Positions 45,542-57,560 of a DNA stretch of 64,000 nucleotides are shown here, one piece after another (positions within the stretch are counted from its first letter, which is position 1; each line of letters begins with the position of its first letter). Position numbers and translations under genes: made by a program. The notes under the pieces are model-generated. The model was not told where the DNA came from, did not search any database, and saw only the letters and a program-made list of their open reading frames with translations. Location: positions 558,001-622,000 of the forward strand of contig CP120462.1 of the NCBI GenBank assembly GCA_034226945.1, in the 5' to 3' direction. The stretch is from Picochlorum sp. SENEW3. Lineage: Eukaryota.

Positions 45542-47809
45542 TTATTGACGCTTCTTCGTCGCAATGTCGGTCAAAGGCATGGTCTTTTGCTTCGAACGTC
45601 TCAAAAAGATGTATCCCATGGCATTGTAAAAGGCCATGAGGCTTAGCAAGGCCACAAAAGAGAGCCAGAGCTGACTGGGGTTGAATCCCAACTGGTTTAA
45701 AATCTCATCACCAGAGACAGTGATGTACTCTACGCATTGACCATCAATGGTAGATCCACATGTCTTCCATCCAGTTCTGCCCGAGAAATTATTGATGGAA
45801 AGGCCCAAAAATGCCCAATATAAATGACTGATGTATTTGAGCCATCCAATCCAGTCAGGTACTGTAGCCTCGTTGACATAGAATCCACCGACGAGAATCA
45901 GAATAACTGTGATTGCTGGAGCAAGGGCGGATGCTACTTTTTCATTCGGAGCGACAGCAGAGATGCAGACTCCCATGCCTTGAGAGGCGAGGCCTTCAAC
46001 AATCAAAATGCAGCAGAAGATGAAAAATGCAGAGGCTGCTGGGTTCAATCCTACAATGAAATACACGATACACCCAAAGAGGAGCCCTTGTCCTACTCGA
46101 ATAGGAATGTCGCAGATAAATCTAGCACAATAGTATGGCAGCACATGGTACATTTTTGACTGTCGTTCCCTGTTGACCACACCCCGCTCTGAGGGGAATG
46201 TGTTCAGGGCGCTAAACATGGCACCGAATGCTGAAAAGATTGTCACAAAGAAGAGGATTCCTGTTTCGTCTTGTACTGGGGTGGATGATGAGTCGAGATT
46301 CGAGTACAAGGCTGCCAAGACAAAGCCAATTACAATGGTTTGAACCAAAGTAATCATCAGGGGCAGTTTATCCCTGCTCTGTTGCTTCCACGATCGCTTC
46401 AGCAATAATCCAAACTCTGTAAATGGATCATTTGGAAATATGACAAGCTCTCTGGTCGTGCATTCTGTATCCAGGTGATCCTCTGGTATTTTCCCCTTGT
46501 ACTCATCCTCAACCTTTTCATAATGCTTGGCAATCAATGAAACCCTGTTCCTGCTCTCTAATTCTGCAGCTTTGGATCTATAATCCATTGAAATGACATC
46601 CAAGAAGAAATCGGCTGGGTTGAATTCTGCTGGGCAGCTGAAATGAGCTGATGTAAAAAAGTTGACAGCATCCTTTGCTGGACCAAAATACATGCATTTT
46701 CCCTCTGATAACAGCATGAGAATGTCAAACATTTTGAAAATAGATGATCGTGGCTGATGAATGGTAGACACAATCGTCCTTCCATTGCTCGCTAATGTCC
46801 ACAAAGAGTCCATCACATTCAACGCTTGGAACGAGTCCAACCCAGATGTTGGCTCATCCAAAAAGATGAGGCTTGCTCCTGACAAGAGTTCAATCCCAAT
46901 GTTTGTTCTCTTCCTTTCCCCTCCAGAGACACCTCGATACAGCTCATTACCAATGCGGGTATTTCTCGCCTTGGTCAGTCCAAGCTCTTTAATAATTCTG
47001 TCGACCAACTCATCCTTGCTTTTACGAGGAATGGATCGTGGCAATCGCATCCTTGATGCAAACTCGAACGTTTCTTGCACGGTTAAATTCGCAAACAGCA
47101 CATCATCTTGCATCACATACGCCACAAGAGCCATAAAAGACTTTTCTCGCGGTTTTCCATTCACCAGTATATCCCCCTCCAGCGTCCCTCCTGCCTGCAA
47201 CCTTCCAGCCAGCGCATTGATCAGACTTGTCTTACCGCATCCTACATGCACAGACAAGCTTGTGATACCGATTCAAAAAAAAACCACCGCAAAACTATGT
47301 ATGTATACACACACACACACACCTGTTGGGCCCATAATAGCCATCAACCTCGATGACGGCACATGACCTGTCACACTATCCAGTATAACTCGCTTCTCCC
47401 CACCACGCTGCTTGCCACAACATGGCAATCCCTTCTTCTTCGAAAACACCGTGTACGTCAAATCCCGAAACTCCAAGCACACTTTTATCTGCGTCTTCAA
47501 AGACTCCACATCACCACTAATATCAAAAAACGATGCCTTCTTCTGCATCATCTCCTGCTTCTCATGCATGGCTTGCCGATCTACAAAATTCTTCTTAAAC
47601 GTGGCCACAGACTCCATATACTTTTTCGCTTCATTCGACAAATTCTCATCGCTATACTCTATCGTACAATGCTCCACAGACACATCATCGTCAGTCGTTG
47701 TGCGATGACTCTCCAAGTCAGTCTCCTCCTCCTCCTCCTCCTCCTCCTCCTTGTTCTTCTTCTTCTTCACAGCTGCTGTATCCACAACAGATTGCTTTGG
47801 ACCAACCAT
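45542..47809 (-). CDS. ABCG (White-family) half transporter; 2 exons (47809-47323, 47241-45542)
   Basis: Intron 47322-47242, containing a (GT)n tract, splits Walker A GPT-G|CGKT; VSGGERKR, LDEPTSGLDS, TIHQP, NPADF, C-terminal TMD. Confidence 0.95.
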
Positions 47810-48065
47810 TGAAACTATAAATGTTGGTATTAAAACTATAAATAAATCACTCGGGAGCCGTCGTATCCAAGCGTGTTATTCAAACTGTCCCAGTCCAATG
47901 CAAACGTCGCAACTGTTCGTAGAACGGAATTCAATACTCACTCAACAAATACATACAGATAAACATCTATATTACCCTATATTTTTTTCAAAAGTATTTG
48001 TAACCATTGGAGGGAGGGAGGGAGGGAGGAATGCATGCCGGTCTTGAATCTGAGGCCACGATGGC

Positions 48066-48149
48066 AGAGCAGGCACGTGCCTGCTCTCAGACCCTAGGGT
48101 CAGGCCTGAGAGCAGAGGCATTATTACGTGATACCTCTGCATGCAGAGG
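48066..48149. repeat. cluster of perfect palindromes
   Basis: AGAGCAGGCACGTGCCTGCTCT (22 bp), GACCCTAGGGTC, TCAGGCCTGA, CCTCTGCATGCAGAGG. Confidence 0.9.
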
Positions 48150-48262
48150 ACTGACGAAGAAGAAAATAAGATGAATGCATTGTCATAATAATAAGAATGC
48201 TATGCAACATGATGATCACATCAAACACCTCTTCCTTACACATTATACTATGTGAAACATAT

Positions 48263-49049
48263 TCAAGCAGACTGGCTAATCATGCCCGTCTCCCTGGCAT
48301 AGTTGAAAATTCCTCCAGCATCAATCACTGGCCCAGCCTGCATCATCATTAGATTATTATTAGATTATTAGTAGTACAATACAAATTCACACGCAGTGCT
48401 CGTATATCTATGCAAAATAAAAAGAAGATAATTCACGTACATCTCCGAGTGGTTTCAAATCATACTGCTTTCCAGTAGACAGCACTGTCAACACATCCTT
48501 CTCCATATCAACTTCCACCTCCTCACCAGTCGATATGTCATCACACAGTCGAACATCAGTCTCAACTGGATACAGCTCCCCTGTAGACACGCAGTTCCTA
48601 AAGAAAATTCTAGCATATGACTGAGACACGCACACCTTTGCTCCAGAGGCCCCAAGGGCCACTGGCGCGTGCTCTCTGCTGGATCCACATCCAAAGTTAT
48701 TTCCACCGATAATGACTGGATACTCCGTCTTCATGGAATCAACATCGACATATCTGATTGGATAGAGATCGTCAGGAAGCCCAATAAGCGCATAACTTCC
48801 CAATTTCTCATATTCGTCTGGTTTGGATGGAACCAAGGTGAGATACTCTGCTGGAATGATCTGATCGGTATCGATATTGTCTTTGGTAACAAAGCATTTT
48901 CCTCTAATAACGCGTGGTCCTCCCTGCAAGTCTACTTTAGCTGACACATGGCAGACGGAGGTTCTCCCTCTGGACATGTGTTGGTGCCTACGAGGGGTGG
49001 CATGAGCCACTCTGGAACCACCTGAACTCTTTAATACCGTACTATTCAT
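48263..49049 (-). CDS. leuD: 3-isopropylmalate dehydratase small subunit, chloroplast; 2 exons (49049-48441, 48337-48263)
   Basis: Transit peptide; DNIDTDQIIPA, NFGCGSSREHA, SYARIFFRN; intron 48440-48338 restores PLGD|AGPVIDAGGIFNYAR. Confidence 0.95.
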
Positions 49050-49282
49050 AGTTTCATATGTTTTGGATACAATGCGGCACGGACGTCGCCCACGTGATCC
49101 ATTCATGGGACTGAGAAGATATTTTACACGCATCGGTCAAGAAGATTGGTTGATGGGAGAGAAAAAAACATGCTCTGTGCCGGCGGAGACAGCCATCGGG
49201 GTCCATGTGATTGATGATGATACTCGACGCAAGGGTGGTTACTTTTTTAGTCTACTCTATATATTTTCATAGATTCGGAACT

Positions 49283-49955
49283 ATGCCAGGAGGTCAAGGA
49301 TACCGTGCCCGCACGAGGGACCTCTTCAAGAGAGGATTCCGCCAGAAGGGATATATTCCCATGGCAACCTATCTCACAACATACAAGTTGGGAGATTATG
49401 TTGATATTAAAGTGAATGGAGCTGTTCACAAGGTATGTGGTGGGAGATGGTGTGGGGAACTGGGAACCGCCCGCAATGACCCGGCGGCAGACATCACATG
49501 ACGAATGATGCATTCATCTCAATCTGCTTGTAGCTTTCCCTGGATGAAATCATACCTTTTTTTTAAATATGCGCATATGACTGACTGTGTCTGTGATGGT
49601 TGTGTAGGGAATGCCACATAAGTTTTACCATGGAAAGACTGGACGTGTGTGGAATGTGACCAAGCGCGCTGTAGGAGTTGAATTGCTCAAGCAGGTCAAT
49701 GGAAGATATATTAAGAAGAGAATTCATGTTAGAGTGGAGCACGTCAAGCCATCTCGTTGTCACGAGGCATTCTTGCGACGCTGCAAGGAGAATGACGAGC
49801 GTAGACACAAGGCCCATCTTGCTGGAGAGCCAGCACCAGTGACCAAGCGTCAGCCAAAGGGACCACGTACTGAAGGATTTATGCTTGAGAATGTGTCGAT
49901 GGAGACTATTACTGCTGTGCCGTACGATATCCTCAAGGAGGGAGTGCAGATGTAA
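49283..49955 (+). CDS. RPL21: 60S ribosomal protein L21 (eL21); 2 exons (49283-49432, 49608-49955)
   Basis: [48 protein letters not shown]. Confidence 0.97.
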
Positions 49956-50035
49956 TTGTACTATTGTTTTCTCACGTGTAAAAGAAATACCTATATGCAT
50001 TGTTCAAATACTAATAGTATTACATGGAAGGATTA

Positions 50036-51889
50036 TTATGTGGTGTGGCGGATGGCGCGTGGCGCCTGCGCCATGTATGGATTTGATATTGTTTGCTCCT
50101 TGATGAAGGGGTGTTGTAATGCATCCAGTGGGGTGATGCGCTTTTCTGGTTCAAGAGCAAACATTCGTTCCAAGAGGTCGGCGAGCTGATTGACCTTTTT
50201 CTTATTATCAGATTGGTGTGCGAGGAGTTTGGAAAATCCGGCCTGTTTCTGAGGGTTTGGAATCATCCGCTTCACAATCTGATGGGTGACTGGGTCTGGT
50301 TCTTCCATGGCAAAGGCCATGGTGGCATCCGTCATGTCAAAATGTTTGAACGCGAATTCCGCCTTTTTCAGCATTTTCTTTGGAAATGGTCCCTTGACGT
50401 CCATGATATATTTGAGCATTTCGTTATTTGAGCGACCCTTGAAGAGGATTTGTCCTGTGAAGAGCTCATACATGACACAGCCAATGCTCCACATGTCCAT
50501 GGGGTGGTCATATGGGAGCCCCAGGATGACTTCTGGGGATCTATAGAATCGAGAGACTAGGTATGGGGTTATCTCATTGTCTCCAGAGAACATTGCTGAC
50601 CCAAAATCGCAGATTTTGATGACTGTCCTTTTATCATTCACGAGGATATTGTCTGGTTTGATGTCTGCGTGGAGGACGCCACAGTGTTTCAAATGCTGCA
50701 ATGCAATGAGCATTTGAGTGGCGTATATTCTCACAGCGTTGATACTCAATCCAATCCCTCGCCCGTATTTTTTTGTCAAGTCTCGAAGATTCATGGCCAT
50801 GGGCTCAAACACAAGACACAAGTGGTTTCTATAGTCGAATGAATCCAACAGTCTGATGCAATGTTTTCTCCCATCTGGATCCGATTGAGAGAGTTTGTTC
50901 AAAATCACCCGCTCCGTTTGGCCTGCTTTATACATGGTGTCATTCGCTCGGATCACTTTGACAGCAACCTGTGGGCATGCATCTTTGCTCATGCCCTGTT
51001 CAAGGTGCTTTACATCCCGCGCTCTGAGTACGCTGCTGAAGACACCTCTACCATGGGTGGCAAATACCTCATATCTCGATCGAATAATCTCACCTACTTG
51101 AAAGTTGTAGTATCCCTCTGCATCATCATAGCTGTCGACGAGGCCCTTGCTGGCAGCTGGCTTTTGACTCACACCATCATGCTTTGTGGTCTCTTCAAGG
51201 GGCGTATCGGCAAATATATCATCAACGTCGTCGCCCAATACATTATTATTTTCATTTTTATCATCTTGTTTGTCTATTATTGGTGCGACATCAGTATCAT
51301 TGTTGTTGCTCTCCCCGGCAATAATACGAATGCCATTGTCTCGGTGATTGAGCCCATTGGCATTCTCAGTATCCATGGCATGTTCCTCCTTCTCTTTCAC
51401 TTCTTCTTCTTGTTGCTCATCCTTTGTCTCACTGGAAGGTAACATGTCCACATCATGATGATGCTCTTCAGGCCCGGCATTGTCATCAACTTGCCTTTCA
51501 TACTTTGCCAAGATTTCCCTCCTCCTCCTTCGCCGTGCCTCTATAACAGCATCATCATCCTCTTGCTGAACCTGCAATGCAGCTTCAACCCTACGCATAT
51601 ACTCACTATCATCCTCACTCTCTTCACCAAGAGCTCCCTCATCACTGTCGCCTCTGTGGGGTCGACGAGATGACCCATCCTTTGTTCCAGGCGCTTCTGA
51701 GCGTTCAGTATGTCGATCCTCTCGCGCTTTTTTGCGGGGTGGAAGATCATCAGAACTGTTATATTCATTGTTAGTAACTATTTCTCCAACCAATTCTCCC
51801 TCCTCCGCATCTTCCTGTCCTGAAGGGCGACTTGCAGGATCTTCTTCTTCCACGTCTCCCTGTCCGTATCGCTGCTGATCTTCCCTCAT
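50036..51889 (-). CDS. PRP4K: PRP4 pre-mRNA-processing kinase (PRPF4B)
   Basis: DDAEGYY, GRGVFSSV, HADIKPDNIL, CDFGSA, EITPYLVSRFYRSPE. Confidence 0.95.
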   Translation of the reverse strand: MREDQQRYGQGDVEEEDPASRPSGQEDAEEGELVGEIVTNNEYNSSDDLPPRKKAREDRHTERSEAPGTKDGSSRRPHRGDSDEGALGEESEDDSEYMRRVEAALQVQQEDDDAVIEARRRRRREILAKYERQVDDNAGPEEHHHDVDMLPSSETKDEQQEEEVKEKEEHAMDTENANGLNHRDNGIRIIAGESNNNDTDVAPIIDKQDDKNENNNVLGDDVDDIFADTPLEETTKHDGVSQKPAASKGLVDSYDDAEGYYNFQVGEIIRSRYEVFATHGRGVFSSVLRARDVKHLEQGMSKDACPQVAVKVIRANDTMYKAGQTERVILNKLSQSDPDGRKHCIRLLDSFDYRNHLCLVFEPMAMNLRDLTKKYGRGIGLSINAVRIYATQMLIALQHLKHCGVLHADIKPDNILVNDKRTVIKICDFGSAMFSGDNEITPYLVSRFYRSPEVILGLPYDHPMDMWSIGCVMYELFTGQILFKGRSNNEMLKYIMDVKGPFPKKMLKKAEFAFKHFDMTDATMAFAMEEPDPVTHQIVKRMIPNPQKQAGFSKLLAHQSDNKKKVNQLADLLERMFALEPEKRITPLDALQHPFIKEQTISNPYMAQAPRAIRHTT

Positions 51890-51947
51890 CCGAACCTTAG
51901 AATGCTAGGTTGGAATATTTTATTACAAATAAATACACTGTATGGGT

Positions 51948-53617
51948 CTAGCGATTCAGCTGATGGATGTACAACGTGTCTTTCGAGATGAATTCCAGTG
52001 GGGCTTTCAAGGCAAGCATGCACTGGATGGCTCCTCGAATACCAGCACCACCACAGAGCTGTACTGCATGGAATGCTTGAATAGTATCGATCAATGTATA
52101 CCCTGGTACATCTGGATGCTCATTCAGAAGATAGTCAAAGCTGTGATGGCGGTAGGCATCCAGACTGAGGCCCTCTTGTTTCGAGTATTCCACATGGATG
52201 CCAGCAATCTTTGGCTCTTGTAAAAACCTCGACACTCCCGTCGTGGCAGCGAGCGTATCTATATGCACAGAAATTGATACAGTATCTGGGCTGCGTCGAT
52301 CCTCAATGTGTCGCTGTAGAGTGATCATTGCATCACCACCTGGGTAGTTGTTGTAGCTTGCAACTGAAGATACACCATGTAGTAGGAGTCCGAGAAAAAT
52401 ACCACCAAGCACGCTGGCGCGAATAACTCTAATAGCGCTTGTTGATTTGGAAACATAAAATAGTTTGTACAAGCCCATTGCAGCGCTGAAATTCCAGAGC
52501 GGAAGAGATGGGAACAAGAACCTGACTTCTTTGTGTGCCAAGAAGCTGTACAATAGTACAAACCCACAGGCGATGACCATCATTGATCGCGACCGAGAAT
52601 CGAGCAAAGCACCTAGAAATGATAATGGGTATGAAACGTGCAACATTCGGGGCAGAGCAGATGTAAAATACCAGTGCCAAGGAGACACTCCCCAGTCCTT
52701 GCTCCTACACAATGAATTGTGACAGCACTCAGTCATGTACATTTCGCAACGATAAAGCACCCGTCCACACATACTTATTTAATGCTGTGTTAAACCATAA
52801 GACTTCGCCCTCGGGCCAGAGCCATCGTCTCCAAAATATGGAATCGACACACACTGTGCACACCAGGCTCAGCATGATGGATATGATGCCAATGGATACC
52901 CCTCGCACAAGACCAACTCGCCCAGTCATCAACATGTGAATTCCTACAAGACCGACAAGAAGTATTTGATCGCATCTGAATATCATGGCTGTGCACGTCA
53001 ATGTGGCAATGGACTTCCAAGGTGATGATGAAGGGTCAGCCCAATATCCCAGACCTATTGCAGTGAGACCCATCGCAAGGGTATTCGGGAGCAGTCTGCT
53101 CATATAAAACGTCAAATGGAATTCACTCATACATACAAAGATGAATGCCCATGACACACGTCTAGGATATCCTTGGACAGCATGTTTGAGAAACACCCAA
53201 AAAGCCAGGCAGATCAGAGCAGCAAGAGTGACCCGTGCACAGGCCAGGACATACATCTTTGGCAGACCATTCATATCAATAATCAATTGGAATGGTTTGA
53301 CCAGAAATGACACACACAATGATCCTACATACATTATAGAGGTGGATATATGATATGCCTGTTGAATATCTTGGAAAAAGAAAGAGTAGGCTATGCTTCT
53401 GATATGAATACCAATAGGAAAAATGGAGTCAGATACACAGGAACTCACCCAGGAATGTTCTTGGAATAACTCCAGGAAACTCTATATGGTCATAGTTTTC
53501 AATCTGAGAACCAAAATAGAGCACATCGTGAACAGCCTGTACATTGAAGCTCTCTTCTACTTTTGTGAAAGGGGCCAAGGCAAGGTGCCCCAAAGCGACC
53601 AGAAACAATAGCAGCAT
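51948..53617 (-). CDS. ALG12: Dol-P-Man alpha-1,6-mannosyltransferase ALG12 (GT22); 3 exons (53617-53449, 53324-52775, 52704-51948)
   Basis: [73 protein letters not shown]. Confidence 0.94.
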
Positions 53618-54698
53618 ATTGTATGTGGTTCATAAATTATCTTAATGTTAATTGTTCATAGTATAGTCAGATATGAGAGGGAAACAAAGCCCCTCTGGAG
53701 CAGACAGACAGAGCGAATGCCGGGAAGGAATGTCACCGACTCAAAGGTTGATCAGTTGTCTATTCTACGAATTCTTCTAGCATCGATCTCATATTTTTTA
53801 ATTTTAAATGGGAACAGAGCACAGTATTTGCCAGAAAAAAATGTGAATCCCATTCAGATGGGACATTTGCCATACTCAAGTTGAGTGGAAGTGGTTGACT
53901 ACATTCTTGTGCAGTGCAACTGATTGTCCGATCCGGATTCGTTCTTGGATAAAAATATATGAGCACATTGACTGCAATGCATTGGATCAGTGAATGAGGC
54001 TTGAGGTACACAGGCTGCGTGAGACCAAGCACTGACCAAGCCTCCAAGTGCAGTGCTGAGTGAGTGAAGATGTTACCAACAAGGTTGGTAACATCGCTAT
54101 CTATGGACTGAGAATTTCCGGAAATATACTACAGTCGATTGATATACGACTTGTCCAGAGCGTCGTATGGGTCAGGGTATGCTTACAAGACATGGCCGTG
54201 GAGCCTAGACCTAAGCAAGTTGGAGGAGGGGCACGGAAAAGGAGCAACCTGTTCGGCCAGTTGCATATCACATGAATGCAGTCTTCTTGGAAAATCAATT
54301 TATTTGTCCACCTCGTGAGAACAAAAGCGAGTTGACCAGGTCGTTGCATTGGACTGAATCCAATGGATTCCCTGGGTCAGTCAATTCAAATCGGTAGTTT
54401 CCATAGGCGGGAAAGTCCCTCGGATCTGTGTCAGACACATGCTTGCAACAGAGGGATGTCGCCGCTCCATGAGACCTAATCCAGATAGACACATATCCGG
54501 GTATGATTTAGCAGGTGTATATTGCTCGAAGGATGTAAAATTTGATTTTTTTTTTCCGGGGACGAATAATCTTCATCATACTCTACTTACGTGGTCAACT
54601 TGCTGGTGCAATGCCAGAAAAAATTATCTTTCTTTCATTATCAATCTCTTTGAACCTCCAATTCATTTGTTGAATTCTTCTTCACATACTTGAGTATC

Positions 54699-55764
54699 AT
54701 GAAGTTCTCTACTGCTTTGCTCGCAACCGCTTTGTTTGCTTCCTCTGTCTGTGGACAGGAGCCAGGTACGCTTTGGTTGCATGTGCATCGCGCATCTTGT
54801 ATCCTTGTGCATTGGTGCAACTATATGTCTGAAAATGTGTGCTTGTTCTTCGTATCGTGCATGAGGGCAACGCAGGGCGTCGGATGTGCACTTCTCGGGC
54901 GCGGTCAACGCCTCCAGTTTGTTTGTTCGAGGCCACTGCTGTGCACCGGGGACTACCAAGCGCGGCAACCGCAGCTGTCTTTACTGTTGCGTAGTATTGA
55001 ATGATGTGATTCTCTATGCAGAAATGAGCCGCTTGGGATTGTCTGTCAAGGAGCCGGTCATTGTTGAGCGGGTTGGTGCTGAAATCACTGTTGGATTCCT
55101 CACTGGTCCAAACCTCCCAAAAACCCAGTTCACTATCAAGTGCGTCGATGCTGGGGAAGACTGTGATGCCCCTGCTCGTGGTAACTCTGTCGAGGGTTTC
55201 TTGCCAATGACAAAGACTGAGATCGTGGAGACTGTGGACGGGCTTGATGCGGCAACTGACTACACCTGTTATGTGGAGACCTACTTCAGGGAGAATGGAA
55301 AGTTCTCCGTCTGCAAAGAGGCCCAGGTCCTGCCAGGAGCCGTCGGATTTGAGTTGACATATGAGCCATTCCCAGGGGCTGCCGATTTCTCAGAGGATGA
55401 CAGAGATCAGGTTTGTACCAACGTCATCAAAGCCGTCAACGACTTCATCACACCAGATGTGGCTGATACTACCACATGTAACATCTTCAAGGTGACAGAT
55501 GGATCGGCCGTCGTCTTAGGAGAGGCCATTTTTGAAGATTACCAGAATGCTGCCAAAGCCTTCGCACTCCTCGATTTATACGAGGACGAAGAGGACTTCA
55601 AAGCGGCTCTCTCTGAATTCGTAAGCGAGGGAATTACATTTGATGGTGAAGATGCAACTGCTAAGCTCACCAACTTCGGTCTGAATGCCCCGGGACCATA
55701 CAGATATGACTTTAAAAATGGAGCTAACAGCAGACGCCTCAACAGAAAGAGGTTGATGCTTTAA
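54699..55764 (+). CDS. secreted protein family paralogue A (FN3-like + SEA-like, C-terminal RRLNRKRL); exons 54699-54765, 55022-55764
   Basis: Signal exon MKFSTALLATALFASSVCG-QEP; intron GTACGC...TGCAG; ITVGF.TGPNLPKTQF..KC, GLD...Y.C.VE, GSAVV. Confidence 0.8.
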
Positions 55765-56306
55765 GAGCGTGGCCATGAAGCACCACTGCAGCGACACATT
55801 CTGTGTAAGTTTACACAGCGCTGCACTATTGTCCATATGATTGTTTTCAATACAATCCCATCATCTTCGATCTAAATCGCGTACACTGAAATCTTTTGAT
55901 AGATTTCGCATGTAAGAAGTCGATTTACTTGCTACCCCCTCTAAATCTTTATCAGGTCTCTGCCAGGAGAGGAAATCCTGGTGCCAACTGCCTTGGAATC
56001 CAAGGCTTGGATCGGCCACAGAAAATCCGCTGTGTCAGACAGAATCCTGGAAGTGTAGCGTGATGGACCTCCATCACGTCAAACGTGGATGAGCAAAAAT
56101 CTGGGTCTTCAAAAGAGGCTGTACATACAGCGGAGGTACCAAGATAAAATAACCGCGCCTTCTGATTCAGCGGAAGCTTCAGATCAATAGTATCCACAAC
56201 GTGCCACAAACACACATACATATTTTCTACAAAGTCGTGTTTTCTTGTACATACACTCAGCAATCATTTTCGAAGGTATTGTTCCAGAATTCATTCATAA
56301 AAGAGC

Positions 56307-57560
56307 ATGAAGTGGTCCGTATTCGTCGTCTGCGCAGCGTTGCTCGCCTCCGTCGCAAGGGCTCAGGATCGAGGTATGCAAGTGGGGTTTATGAGTGTTG
56401 ATCGTTAGATATGCTTTTAAAAACAATATGTCCATGGCAACAATTATACGTGGCCGGATACGGGGATACCATACGAGTGCGAGGTCAAATCACCAAACGC
56501 TACGATGCCTCGTCAGACTGCTGACTAGGAAGATAGGGAAGCTTCCGCAAATTGTACCGGAGTTGGCATCCACCTGTGGCATCTCGAAGGGGCCGGCGTG
56601 TGTGAAGCGGCAGTGGTCAATCGTGATTCATCTTTTCATTCTTCAAGTATTTTCGTATTATTGCTGCCACGGATCCGCAAAGCTCACTCCAGCGCAGATA
56701 AACTGAGGATGTGCAATACTGTGCAGGCGTAGCTTTGGCAGGAAACCAAACTGAAGATCGTCTCTTGACAGCTATCAGAGACCCGAAAGTTCTGAGACGC
56801 GATGGTACGTCTTATCTCAAATGAACTTGTGTGTGTGTTTTCAACGGGGGGAAGACATCGTTGTTATATCATTCTGAATGCTCCTGCTATTATTGTTGTT
56901 TCAGGGGATGCCATCACTGTTGGATTTTTCACCGGGCCCAACCTTCCAAAGACTCAATTTGTTGTCAAATGTGTTGCTGGAGATGGAGGTTGTGACGCAC
57001 CCGCACAGGGTATTTCTGAACAAGGCTTATTGCCTTTCAAACCATCTGAGGTTGAGGCCACCGTCGAAGGTTTGGACCCAGATGCACAATACTCTTGCTT
57101 CGTGGAAGCTTTCTTCAAGTCTACTGGAAAGTTCTCCATTTGTAAGAGAGCCGATGATAGATTCTTGGTTCGTGCAAAATTCACATTCGATGGATTTGAG
57201 AATGCTGACGAATTCACGGCAGCTGACAGAGAGCAGCTCTGCATCAACTTGAACACGATTACACCAAGTGACACGTGTGAAGTTCTCAAGGTTGAAACCG
57301 GTTCTGCCGAAGCCACCGCTGAAAGCACCTTCTCCAACACTGACGATGCCATTGAGTATCAGAATACTCTGGCAGGTGCGAACACCGATCCAGATACGCA
57401 AGAGACCATTGTGGAGGGTTTGTCTCAAGAAACCGATGTTGTGGTCAGTGACATTGAAAACTCTGGAAATCTACCACCACCATATGCACCAGATTCTGGA
57501 ACCGCTAGAAGACTCAATCGAAGGAGACTCTTTGACATTGGCAGTGACGTTGGGCTGTAG
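56307..57560 (+). CDS. secreted protein family paralogue B; exons 56307-56373, 56727-56804, 56905-57560
   Basis: Signal exon MKWSVFVVCAALLASVARA-QDR; 78-nt middle exon; phase-1 GT-AG introns; RRLNRRRLFD C-terminus. Confidence 0.85.

Noticed and set aside
53700..54650. TGA-interrupted reading frame suggesting selenoprotein or recoding
   Set aside because: TAA and TAG stops also occur, no recognisable protein or SECIS, and neighbouring genes use TGA as stop; at most a decayed relic
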